DNA of 64,000 nt, from NCBI RefSeq assembly GCF_000143415.4, contig NW_003314366.1, positions 124,001 through 188,000 on the forward strand. The letters run 5' to 3'. A program made the translations under genes and the position numbers. The number at the start of each line of letters is the position of its first letter. Position 1 is the first letter of the stretch. Shown here one piece after another: positions 37,221 to 49,113 of the stretch. The DNA comes from Selaginella moellendorffii. Its lineage: Eukaryota; Plantae; Lycopodiophyta. The notes beneath the pieces are model-generated. The model had not been told where the DNA came from. It made no database searches and worked only from the letters and a program-made list of their open reading frames with translations.

Positions 37221-39572
37221 GCATCTTGCGGGAATCTCCTCGCCCCACATTCATATAACTTCACCGACAGCAAGGATGCTGCTTGCCGACAGCCACCACC
37301 ACCTTTACGCGTTAGGTTTAATATAACATCGATTCTCAAGTCCCGATTGGTTTGCGGCAGTAAACTTGCATGACGTGCGTAATTAGGTGGCGAATGTTTT
37401 TTAAGTAATAGCGTGTGTAGCTGTGGCATAACTTACAGTTGCCCAATCCGAACAAACAGTGACACCCACATGCAGTGTAGGGTGTCGCAGCAAGCAAGCG
37501 AGGAAAATCACAGCAGTTGCGCGAAAAGTGCGAGCGCGCTTGCAAGCGAGCCAAGAGCGGGTGAACCGAATCCCAGATCGTACAGGCCTGGCCTCTCTCC
37601 AGAGTGGAAGAGCCTGAGCTGCAGTAGAAGTGGCCGGATTGTAGATAGACAAAGAGAGACCAAGGTGTCCCTAGAGATCAACATCGCCGACTCTAGCATT
37701 CTGGCAGTTTAGGCACAGGCCATTTGACTGGCAGGGAAAAACCTTCGTTTTCTGGAAGCTTTCCAGCTAACACGCGCTCTCCCTATCAGTGCTCTCGCTT
37801 GCTTTCTTCCGCTCGTCTTGCAAGCGCACAGCTCTCTATATTATAGATACATTTACATGTGTGAGAGCTTGTACTCACTTCCAAGTTTAAGTCTCAGTAG
37901 ACTGCTCTTAAAAGGATAGTAGTTGTTTTGTACAGAGTATACAAGCAAACAAAACAGATAGCTTTCCTTGTTACCAGCAGCGATCGCGATTTGCTTCGGG
38001 GCCTGACCTGACTCTCACATGCTATAAATCTCATATATCCCTTTCGAACATCCTGACGAGTGTGATGGATATTCGCTTGCCACCCTGGTGGCGCCTCCAG
38101 CAATTTGTTAGACAGTACTCACATCTGCGGAATCGACGGCGGGAAGATGTCAACGAATCATTCATATTCTCTTTTTCTTTTTTCTCTTTTTTATCATTTC
38201 GATTTTCGCTCCATGGATATGGATGCATCTATACATGATCGTTAGGCAATGCATGCCTATCATAGTGTCATCATGGCAGTAGTGTATTTTTTTTTTCTTC
38301 GGCCACTCCCTGCGACTTGCCTGGCAGCGCCAATGGTACTTAATTATCGCTAGTGCTTGGATTACCCGGAGAATCGCATATATGCCACTGCTGAATAAAC
38401 AAACACACAAGGAACAAGAGCACAAGCAAACAAACGAAACCGAAGCGCGGCTCCCTTCCATTTCTACCTCGGATCGAAAAAAGGGGCAAGGAAAAGAAAA
38501 CAACTTAGAAGAGGAGCTTTTAAATTGGCTTTGTTTGAGTCAAAGCGCCAAGCAGTTCTAAGAAGCTTGTACCATTGCACAAAGTTGAGCTTTGCCCAGC
38601 CATGATGATGATGGTGATCATGATACTTGGGGGGAGCTTTACAAGAACATTGAGGGAGGGGAAAAAAAAGGAGCTTGTTGTTTCTCTCCCCTGCTGCGAG
38701 GCTCCATTATATTATTATAACAATGCGATGCACACAAGTTTACAGGAGGCCTTTAAAGTTGCAATAGAGCTGAGCTTTAAAGAACAGGTGGGTCTGTCAA
38801 TCAAGATCTCCATTTCTTTCTCACCCTTTTCTTTGAGCTAGAGAGAGCTGCTTGCTCATTCCTTCACTTGTAGCTTGTGGAAGTGTTAAATGTGCAGTGT
38901 CACTTACTCACACTCACTAGCAGCGAGCGAGCGAGTCACTAAAACTTGCATAAATGCCACTCTGACGCCGTCTATTGCTAACAACGAAGCTTATAACCAA
39001 GCGGCGAGCAAGTGAAGACGAGCGGAGCGGCACTCTCTGTCGTCCGTGGTGGTGGTCGTCATCTCATCGGTTCCTGTCTTGAGCTAGCATCGCTTTTGCA
39101 CTTCTTTCGGTTCTTGTAGACGATTGATCGATCAGTTTGCGGGGTTTTCTGGTTCAGGAACTGATTAGCGGAGACTTTTTTGTTCTTGGGCTGTCTCCAG
39201 AAAAACCGCCTGACTTTTGTTCTCTGAGGGACTGCTTTAATGTTGGAGGAGCACAGGCATTGAATGCGGGAGGAGTTCAGCAGCAAATCCCCAGAAAGGG
39301 TATCCCGGTTCGGGTGCCTGCTGGAGTCATTTAAGTCATGCGGAGGAACCTGTTCCCCGACACAAGGCTGCTCCTGTTATATTACTTCCCCTTTGGCTCT
39401 ACAAGACTGTGATCTTGTAGCTTTTTCGTCTCTGGACCCAATCCAAGCGTATATGTGTCGGTTAGCTCCCTTTTCTTGATCGTTCTCTCGTTTTGTTTTT
39501 CGCCTGACCGCCTTCTATTCTCTCTGGGCAGAATTCTTTCATCTGCATGCACAAGGAACGCACTCAGCTGAA

Positions 39573-41273
39573 ATGGAAGAGGCAGCCACCACTTGTGTTG
39601 TAAGTTGTCTTGTTTGCTCTACATTCACTAGATCAGCAAATTCTTACAAACATTTGCTGCTTCATGAACACACAGATGCCAAGGTTTATGGCCTCAACAA
39701 GCAGCAGCGTCGAATACCAGAATCACTCTCTACTGTTTTCTCCATATCATGCTTCTGCTGCCGACTCCAGCGCCATGGATAGCACCGACGTTTCTCTTAT
39801 GGGTAACTTGCTGACGGACCTGAGCTCGGATTTCCCATATATTGGAGCCACCACCGCGAGCGGGCGGTACTCGGTCCCAGACATACTGCAATTCCCAGCT
39901 GACCAGGCCTCAAAGGTTACACTTCTCCAGATGCTAGAAGAGAGTGACACCAGCTCTCCAAATTCCTATACGCATCACTTGAAGCTTCCTGTTCTGGAGG
40001 AGCCTTGTGACAAGCTCCACAAGCAGCAGCAGCCGCAACTTTTGAGCTGCTCCTCAGAAACGGGTCTCATTCACCAGCCGGATCAGTCGGTCGGGCCTGA
40101 GAAATGCATAGCCGGGCTCGACAGTGTGGATTTCTCAAGTGCTGCTGAATCTCTCCTCAAGCCATGCAAGGTAGAGCCAGAATTCCAAGCCCCTCCCGTC
40201 GTGCTCGCCGAGCACAACAGTGTTATAGCAGTGGATACTTTCAACAGCGCCGCCATATCGGCAAACTCGGACGACATTTCCAATCATCTCGGAGCAGCAG
40301 CCGGAACAGCAGCAACAGCAGGAGTAGCAGCAGCAGTAGCTGGTACGACCAACTCGGCAGGAGGCTGTGCTGGTGGTGGCGTTTCTCAATCCAGCTCCGG
40401 AGCCGAAACGCCGGGAACACAGCACCGACCAAAGCGGAAGAGAATCAAGTCATGCAAGAACAGCGAGGAAGTGGAGAGCCAGAGACAGACTCACATTGCA
40501 GTGGAGAGGAACAGAAGGAAGCAGATGAACGAGCACCTCAATGTTTTGCGGTCACTCATGCCTGGATCTTACGTCCAGAGGGTAAGACCATCCTTCTTTT
40601 TTTCTTTCGGCTACAAGACCCAGTCAATTGCTCATGCAGGGCGATCAAGCATCCATCATAGGTGGTGCCATTGAGTTCGTAAAGGAGCTGGAGCAGCTCC
40701 TGCAATGTCTTCAGGCTCAAAAGAGGAGGAGACTGTATTCCGACGCGTTCAGTCCAAAGCCGAGCCCGAGTGCCGTGAGCTCCATTCCGCTGCCGCCCTT
40801 CCCTCCATATGCTTCCTCTCCCGCTCCTTCTCTCGACAATCCGGATCCCACAGCGGCGGACTCGAGCTCCAAGTTTGTCAACGACAACTTTTACGATTGC
40901 AAGCAGATTGTCGCCGAGGCCAAGTCGGAAGTGGCGGACATCGAGGTAAGGATGGCCGGGAGCGATGCAGTCGTCAAGATCCTCTCCCAGCGGAGGCCCG
41001 GTCAGTTGCTCAAGACGATATCGGCGCTGGAGAGTATGTGCATGAGCATTGTCCATACCAACATTACCACAATCGAGCAGACTGTGCTCTACTCGTTCAC
41101 CGTGAGAGTAAGTTCCAAGTTTTTCATATCATATGTTTGGTTGGGATTGACAAGGTTCTCTTTGAATCTCTCAACAGATTGGCATGGAATCCAGGCTAAG
41201 CGTGGATGAGATTGCTCAAGGTATTCAAAGGATTTTTAGCTGCAATGTTAGTGCAGCTGCAAGTGACTTATAA
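39573..41273 (+). CDS. FAMA: Clade Ia stomatal bHLH transcription factor (FAMA/SMF)
   Basis: 27-nt first exon MEEAATTCV, intron 39600-39675; FAMA-like N-terminal patch [24 protein letters not shown]; [28 protein letters not shown] bHLH; SMF/ACT-like domain [29 protein letters not shown]. Confidence 0.93.
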
Positions 41274-42179
41274 AGGAGAGCTTCCTGACTCCAAAAATAC
41301 TCCTCCAACATATACAAATTCTAGCTAACTAGGTCTACCTAGAATTCACTCACTCTCTCACATACACACAACAACAGTAACATGCTTTTTAACGTTTCAA
41401 ACGAATCAGTGCCTTCCAGCAGCAGAAATGTTTCACAATTCTCACTCATAAAACACTAGCAAAAGAGACGGAAGAAAAAAAAATGATATAACATTCATGG
41501 CTCTGCAGATGGAATTTAAAAGAAAAATTTGAACTTGAAGTTGAGTTTCGAGACGGCTCCCGAAAGTTCCTCGCTAATCTGAACCGAAAGATCAAACAGA
41601 GAAAATGGAATGTATCGATCGGATAATGCGTGCATGGAATCAGCCAGCTAGTGCCACAGAAATAAAAGAAGAAAAAAGAAAGAAGACAAGGATGAGATTT
41701 TGCGCATTGAATTCCAAATAATATGTTTGTGTAGTTGTCTCGGAATGGCCGTGATGACATTAACGCCATGACAATGGAATGCTTCAAAATCGGCACTCAA
41801 GTTGGGCTCTCGCGAGCATTGCTTTCACTCTCAGAATCAAATCACAGAAAAACGGCTCCAAACAGAGGCGGACATCGACAAGTCCTCCAAATTGAAGGAA
41901 CAACCTGAAAAAATGTGAGCCGCACTGCACTGCACTGGGACTCTCAACAATCAAGCGGCAATGAATGGCACCCTCCGAATAATTCCATACCGTTTGGCTT
42001 GGCATAAGCTAAGATTTGTGAGAATTTAGCCAAAACAGGGGACAAAGCTCTCCTAGATCCGCGGCGTCTGTCGGTCGGCCGCATTTTATAAAAGGTTCCG
42101 TAAGTGTGGTGGTATTTTTCCTCGCCTTCGTCCGCGAATTTAGAAGTGGAGATGTACGACGTTGAGATGATGTTTCGAT

Positions 42180-42330
42180 TTACACCAGGTAGTAACTCGC
42201 CATGCAAATCCCCGCCGATCGGTGTCCGGCGATGGCTCTCACCGTACCGCTGGTTTAGTGTGAATGGAAGTACGCCCATGGGTCCAAAGTCATTGCGAGT
42301 ATCCCGGAGTCACGTATCTTTGAGCTGCAC
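42180..42330 (-). pseudogene. Degenerate duplicate of the last exon of the 42576-43414 gene
   Basis: Shares the acceptor gtgcag|ctcaaaga, actcgcaatgactttggacccatg and ggcgagttacta.ctggtgt with exon 42576-42773, but has an in-frame TGA at codon 5 and deletions. Confidence 0.85.
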
Positions 42331-42575
42331 AGACACAGATGGTTTTGCGTTTTACGTTTTGTTGTTTTGCCTGGATAGGTATCCAAGTGTTTTGTGACCA
42401 TCTGATGGTGATAGTGTAGAAACACGACGGTAAAGATGTTATAAATCCCATTATCACAGAAAAAACTGTTTCAAAGAAAAGCGGAAAGAAACTGCGGACT
42501 GCTAGAGCTCTGTGCTCTACTGATCAATACGAGTAGTACTCACCATAGAGCGATGAGACAGTGATCTCGCGATTG

Positions 42576-43414
42576 TCACACCAGATAGTAACTCGCCAGG
42601 CAAATGCCCTCTGATCTTGTGACGTCGGTGGATGAATGAGGGCGGAAGACGTCCCTGGCTCTCACGCGCGTGTCGATGCCCCACCCGTATTGCTGGTTTG
42701 CTGTGAGCGGATATTGTAGTACGTCCATGGGTCCAAAGTCATTGCGAGTGTCCCGACGTCTCCTTTCTTTGAGCTGCACGAACAAGAGCTGGTTAGTTAT
42801 CTTTCCCTGATATGTTTCTGTACCTGGAGATGGGAGTATCTGCCAAATCTCGCCAAGTCTTCACCTGTTTGTTTCACTGGCATCATTTTCACTGGAGAAA
42901 ATGGAATGAGATACTTTACCAGGAGTTTTTGCCCGCTCGGCAAACTGGATCGCGTGGTCTTGCTCGGCTAAGCTCTCGTAAGAAACTCTGTCAACTAAAT
43001 AACACACGAGAAAAAGTGATAGATGATACCGTGAAATTTTTGGAGCCCTCTCCTGAACTCGTCCAGCCTTATGTTGCCAGCTCGAATATCAAAATGCCTG
43101 CATTGAATCTTTCACGAGATCATAAAAGCCAACAGAACGAGCAAACCAGCCAACCTGAGAAACAGCTCTAGCTCCCTGGGATCCAGCTTCCGCCCCACGC
43201 AACGCTCGACAATCTCCGGCAGCTGGACCGCACGAACCGTGTGCGAGAGATTGTGGGAAGCTCTGGTTTCAAAAGCTGCGATGAAGTCGTCGACAGGGAC
43301 GCTGGCAATGGATCTGCGCTTGGGCTTGGGCTTGTTCTCCAGTTCCCTCCGCCTGGAACTCACGTCAAAAAGGTGCCGAGTCCCCAGCTTTGTCATCCCA
43401 AAAAAGCTCGCCAT
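42576..43414 (-). CDS. Putative axonemal microtubule-inner protein (FAP85/TEX49-like) with an EF-hand-like motif
   Basis: Five exons give ~205 aa: MASFFGMTKLG...ELELFLRHFDIRAGNIRLDEF...YSHLQLKERRRRD...GPMDVLQYPLTANQQYGW...SSTDVT. The N-terminal FFG..LG and PLT..Q.YGW motifs recall TEX49/FAP85 (from memory). Confidence 0.65.
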
Positions 43415-43782
43415 TCTTCTCTCGCTGGCTCTTGCGCTCCTCCCGCAAAGCCCTGCGTTTTCCTTGCGCGTGTTCAGTTTGCCACCTGGACGCATCTCAG
43501 CCGCTAGCATTTCGCCACCGAGCTAATCTCCACCGTTAGCGTGGAGAAACGTTCTATTCAGCCATGGCAAACCAGGGAATAATCCAGACATGGAAGATAG
43601 CAAGCTAGAACACGTACCTGGTGGAAATCTTGCCGAGAATTTCGCGATCGGCGTGGCTATGGCAAGGATCGGCCGTTGTGACCATCGCCATGGCTCGAGG
43701 CGGTGGAGCGCACATTATAAATGAGCTAACCCCAAGAACCCTAAAACAAGAAGCGCAATTGGGTAAAGAGCTCTAGCTCAGG

Positions 43783-44924
43783 ATGGCTTGCTGGGTGTGC
43801 GTCGATCAGGCGAGCGTCGGGATTCTGGAGAAGTGGGGAAGGTTTGTGCGCGTGCTGGAGCCCGGATTCAGCTGTATAGTGCCGTGTCTGGGCGAATTCG
43901 TGGCTGGAACTCTGTCTCTCAAGGTCCAGTACTTGGATGTGCGGTGCGAGACCAAGACCAAGGTTTGTGTTCCATCGTAGTCTCTGGTTGCTCTTTTGAT
44001 TTGGCTCTTGGTTGTGTTCTTAGCTTTGCTCCTTGGGTACTTATGTTTGCTTTGGCAGGATAACGTGTTTGTGTCCCTCGATTGCTCCATCCAGTACCGC
44101 GTGGTGCGAGGGAACGCGGACGATGCCTTCTACGAGCTGCAAAATCCCGAGCAACAGATCCGTTCCTACGTTTTCGATGGTGAGTGAGAATTTATTTCCG
44201 GAATCCATTCAATCTTTTCTTCGTTGTCATGGCAGTCATCCGTGCGTCAGTTCCTAAGCTGTCACTGGACGATGTCTTTGAGCAGAAGAGTGAGATCGCC
44301 AAGTCTGTGTCGGAGGAGCTCGAAAAGGTCAGTTTTTGAATCAAATTCTTTTTGCTCGAGCGAGCGAGATGATCATCAAATGACGCGGCACAGGTGATGA
44401 GCGCGTATGGATACAGCATAGAGCAGATACTCATCGTCGACATCCTGCCTGACGCTGCGGTTCGGAGGGCGATGAACGAGATCAACGCAGGTAACAAGAG
44501 CCGAGAGCTTTGATCGATCACTGATGGTAACTTTGAGATTGGATCATACGCAGCTCAGCGGATGAGGATGGCGGCCGTGGAGAAGGGCGAGGCCGAGAAG
44601 ATATTGCAAGTCAAGAGGGCCGAGGGGGATGCCGAGTCCAAATATCTATCAGGGGTTGGGGTGGCGAGGCAGCGGCAGGCCATCACCGACGGTCTGAGGG
44701 AGAGTGTCTTGACATTCTCGCAAGACGTTCCCGGCACGTCCGCCAAGGAGGTGATGGAGATGGTGATGGTCACGCAGTACTTTGACACCCTCAAAGACAT
44801 TGGCGCCAGCTCCAAAACCTCTGCGGTCTTCATCCCTCATGGACCCGCGCATGTCAGTGACATTGCCCAGCAGCTCCGAGACGGAGTCTTGCAGGCAAAC
44901 ACCGCTGTGTCCTTGATGGACTAG
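43783..44924 (+). CDS. HIR: Hypersensitive-induced response protein (band 7/SPFH), HIR4-like
   Basis: [59 protein letters not shown] and VFIPHGP. Confidence 0.93.
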
Positions 44925-44989
44925 ATTGTGGGATTACACTCTTCAAGAAAATACAAAAGATATTATTAGGACAATTACTCGTAAATGTG

Positions 44990-47900
44990 TTGAATCGAAT
45001 GTAATATATCTTACTAAGTTTGCCCAAGTTTGAACAATTTCAACTCTACTTATAAGTATTATGGTAGTGAATATACTAAAATAGGCTTGGATATTCTAGA
45101 ATATTTTATCATCTAACGGTTGTTATTCATTTAGATTAATCTTGCTTTCTAGTATATTCTTTTTTATTCTACTGTTGATATGTTAATCTTGTGTTTATAT
45201 ATTATAAACTTTTATTTGATCAATTTGATTAATAAGTAGGAATAACACTAATATTAAGCAAACCAAATGTTATTACATGCAACGCATAGCAAATTATTTC
45301 AAATTCCATTATAAATCATGATTTACGTAAAATAACTATTTGATCAACTAAAAACCATTATAATTGCTCTAGTATTATTAATCTATCAAATACAACTGCC
45401 AAGCCAGCATATGGATATATGGTATATACATTATAGTGTGATCATTATCCTTGTCATAGCCAACCATCCAATCAGCACTGGAGTTAAATTCTTTTATGCC
45501 TAATTCTTATGATGTTTCTTTTGTAGAAGTTCTAAGGGTGATGTATTTTGTTCTTGTTGGTAGAATTATAATAAACTTATAGCAGCTAGTATCAAATTGC
45601 AAAGAAATTATCTCTTCAACTTGTGCATGCTTGAAAGAATTTGTTTCTCTATGCAAATAAATAAAAGGTTTTAACATCACTCATCAAGTGTTGCAAGATA
45701 TGTAGATTTTTGGGACTTTATAAATGATTTTCAGCTATTTAATCTATATAAAACATAAGCAAATGTTCTTTAAATCCAACATATCCCCAACTGAAATTTA
45801 TATTGTTTTGTTACTATGAAAAAACACTTTTGGAAATTGATGAAACTATATCTAAAACCATATGAAAATGCCAGCAAGAGGTATTAGAATGAGAGAGAAT
45901 GCTCCCTCAATAAGTTCTTGATAGGAAAAATGCATATATGATCAAAACATATAAAACCAAGAACTAGAATGTATTAACAGCTCCATTTCTAGCAAATCCA
46001 TGTGAAGCATATTTATCTGTACTGCAATGCTCCATTTCTACTAAATCCATATAGTCATCCATTTGTACTACAGTTCTATGGTGGATCTTTTTGTTGTGAA
46101 TGACCTATAAAATGAAGAATGTACTAATGAATGCTAAATATATATAATTTAAAGATAAAAATATATCTTACCCAAGGGTATATTATATTTTAAATAACTA
46201 CTAAGTAATGAGAATTGAATCCTTGCCATTTTCTCTAATTAGCACATTTTATATTTTTTGTTGATAATATATCCAAAGCTCATCCCATGATCATATGTGC
46301 TACAACTAGTATAAAATATATATTTCTCGAGAACTGAAAAATATAAAATAAATATTTTATAATTTAATGTTGGATTTACAACCACTAAATTTGTGTTTGC
46401 CTTGAATATAAAGCCATTCACACGATAGTCTTTATATAGTGTGATATGGTATTCAACAAACTCCCGTTTTCTAGACCAAATATAGCTTTTTTGTTTTATA
46501 ATCACTGCATTTCTGGGCATACAATAATTTAAACTTCCATTAGATATGCTTTCCTACAAAAACATCTCTTTGTGTTATTTTTTGTACAACTAAGTAAGAT
46601 TTTAAGATCTTTTGAGCATAAACCACTCTTAAGCTCACAAGTTGAGCTCAAATTTCAAATGTAATTAATATAAACATTACAAAATAGAAAAACTAAAATT
46701 CATGGTGAATCTAACTTTGCACTATATTTAAATATCTCCTTTTATTTTATATAAATTAAAATATTTTGGTAGAGATTTCTTTTTCAAGAATTTAAATATT
46801 TAATACAAGCTAAAATAGAAGTCAGAATTTTAAATAAAATTAGGATTTAAATCTGTACTGTATGCTTTGTAAAAATCATCAAGTTTGATTTAAGATTCTA
46901 TGAGACACATGAATATTATGGGCATTATTATAAAGAGAACACTTCCAAGTATATGAAATGAAAAGCATGTATTTCTAGTAATTATATAAAAATACAAAAT
47001 TTGATATTATTAATAAAGAATAAACATAATCTAATTACCTCCAAAAGTCTTTTACAACTCAACAATAATAATGTTTGTTTGGTGTATATGAATATCCACT
47101 TTAAAATTCTAGTATAAAATGTTGACGAAGATATAATACATATGCTTACAAGGAGTATATACCTTGTCATATTCCTTATGCTTCGTAAAGTTTGGACATA
47201 TGCAATAAAGAAAGTCTTGAATGACAATTGTGTACTTTCCATATTTATTTTTTATAAACTTAGGCCAAATCGTGTTTTTGCAAGCTAAACCAATTTGTAT
47301 TTCAAGTTGTCTAATGATATACTTTATGGAGAGAATTTCACACTTAAGTGTTTGAGCAATGTTTATTTTATTTTACTTTTTCTTGGAGATGGTACCAATA
47401 AATTTAGTTGCTTTACCTTTTTTTGCTAGCCTCCTATACATTTTTTATGGGAATAGTGCTAATTCTGTCACTTATATTTTCAACTCTACTTCTCTCAAGA
47501 TTGAAACTAAATTTCTCAAGATTTTCAATCTCATTTGAGGTGAGTATGACCGCATTAGCAATTGACCATTCTTTAAGTATTGCATCAAGTTTTGTCATTA
47601 TAGTGTCTTCAAGCCACTTCATATAGTTGGTATTGGTGTTGCAACAATATAACCAACACTATCTTGAAAATCTTATTTGTTTTTTGTTCCTTATGGAAAC
47701 ATAGGTTTGAAATACTTGCCCCTCAGAAGCTTTTCAATACTATTTAAATTCAAGGACACTTAACCTTAAGTATTCCAAGACTGTGCACTCTTTTTTGTCC
47801 CCCCACCCTCATGAACAAAACTTATTTACTTAAAAAAATTACAAGAGATAAAAAAATCTATGACAAAGAAATGACTAAAGAAAAATTCTAGTGGCTAGAG
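44990..47900. other. Very AT-rich, CpG-depleted region, probably decayed transposon DNA (family not identified)
   Basis: Abrupt compositional shift after HIR; only short broken ORFs; adjoins the retroelement remnant. Confidence 0.45.
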
Positions 47901-48093
47901 ATGGAAGAAAGCACAAAACCATACAAGCAATACTATCCAAAATGGCGATGCAACACTTGCAAGCAAGCAAAAGTAAGACTCTGAATCAGGGATGAAAATG
48001 CTACAGCGGAAGAGAAAAAAAAACGAGAAGAAATAGCCCAAGAAAATGATACCAAAAAGAGTGACAATAGTTTAGAAAAAAAAAGAGAAACAA

Positions 48094-49113
48094 AGCTTGA
48101 GCGTGGCAACCACAGCAACTAGAAGCTCCCGCACAACTTCCTATAGCAGTACCACGACTCCAACCTAGCAGTGTACACTTGTGAAGGCATTGAGAGCTTC
48201 TGTGAGAAGACATTCATCAAGCCGATGGAACAGCACCTTTCCAAACTTGAGGACAGTTTCAAGCAGCTATTCACAGCCATGGAATTCCAACTCCAAACTC
48301 CTGTAAGGAATCCTTCAACCTTGCACAACAGTTTTAGCAAGAAAATGCAAGGCTCAACAAGGAGCTACTTGCGGCAAAAGAAAGAATCCACGCACTTGAA
48401 GAAGCAGCCCAGACATACGAAGAGGAAAAAGAGGAGGAGGAACCACACGAGGGAAACAACTACCCAAGATGCAGTGATGGAGCAATAACTACGGAATGCA
48501 GCATGAGACAGTTGTGGGAGAGTGGAGAAAGAGGAAAAAAGCAAACTCGGAAGTTCAAGTTTAGGAAAACAAACTTGAGAGCTCAGAGGACGAACCTAAC
48601 CTGGACGTTCTCAAGTTTGTTTTCCTAAACTTGAACTTCCGAATTTGCCTTTTTCCTCTTTCTCCACTCTCCCACAACTATCTTGTGCTACGTCCCACAG
48701 TCACTACTCCATTGCTGCATCCTAGGTAGCCATTCCCTCATGTGGTTCCTCTTCCTCTTCTTCCTCTTTGTAAGTCTAGGCTGCTTCTTTGAGTGTGTGG
48801 ATTCTTTCTTTTGCCGCAAGTAGCTCCTTGTTGAGCTTTGCATTTTCCTGTTGAAACTGCTGTGCAAGGTTGAAGGATTCCTTATAGGATTTTGGAGTCA
48901 GAATTCCATGGCTGCGAATGCTCTTGATCATGGCATTCAGCTGCTTGAAACCGTCCTCGAGTTTGGAAAGGCATTGCTCCGTTAGCTTGACAAACGTCTT
49001 CTCGTAGAAGCTCTCAATGCCTTCACGAGTGTACACTACTAGCTTGGAGTTGTGGTACTATTGCAGGAAGTTGTGCAAGAGCTTCTGGTTGCTGTGGTTG
49101 CCATGCTCGAGCT
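48094..49113. repeat. Long inverted repeat (arms ~48094-48580 and ~48609-49113, ~28-nt spacer)
   Basis: For example ggaagttcaagtttaggaaaacaaacttgaga versus tctcaagtttgttttcctaaacttgaacttcc at the centre. ORFs 48171+ and 48776- encode near-identical YT.EGIESF.EKTF.K..EQ.LSKLED.FKQL. Confidence 0.92.

Noticed and set aside
34250-39500. Conserved miRNA, tRNA or snoRNA in the long intergenic region
   Set aside because: By eye I found no match to miR156/160/166/171/319/390/408, no tRNA boxes and no convincing hairpin; an Infernal scan would be needed to exclude them.
45040-45300. Helitron-like termini (tctacttataag; gcaacgca)
   Set aside because: No proper hairpin plus CTRR end; too degenerate to support.
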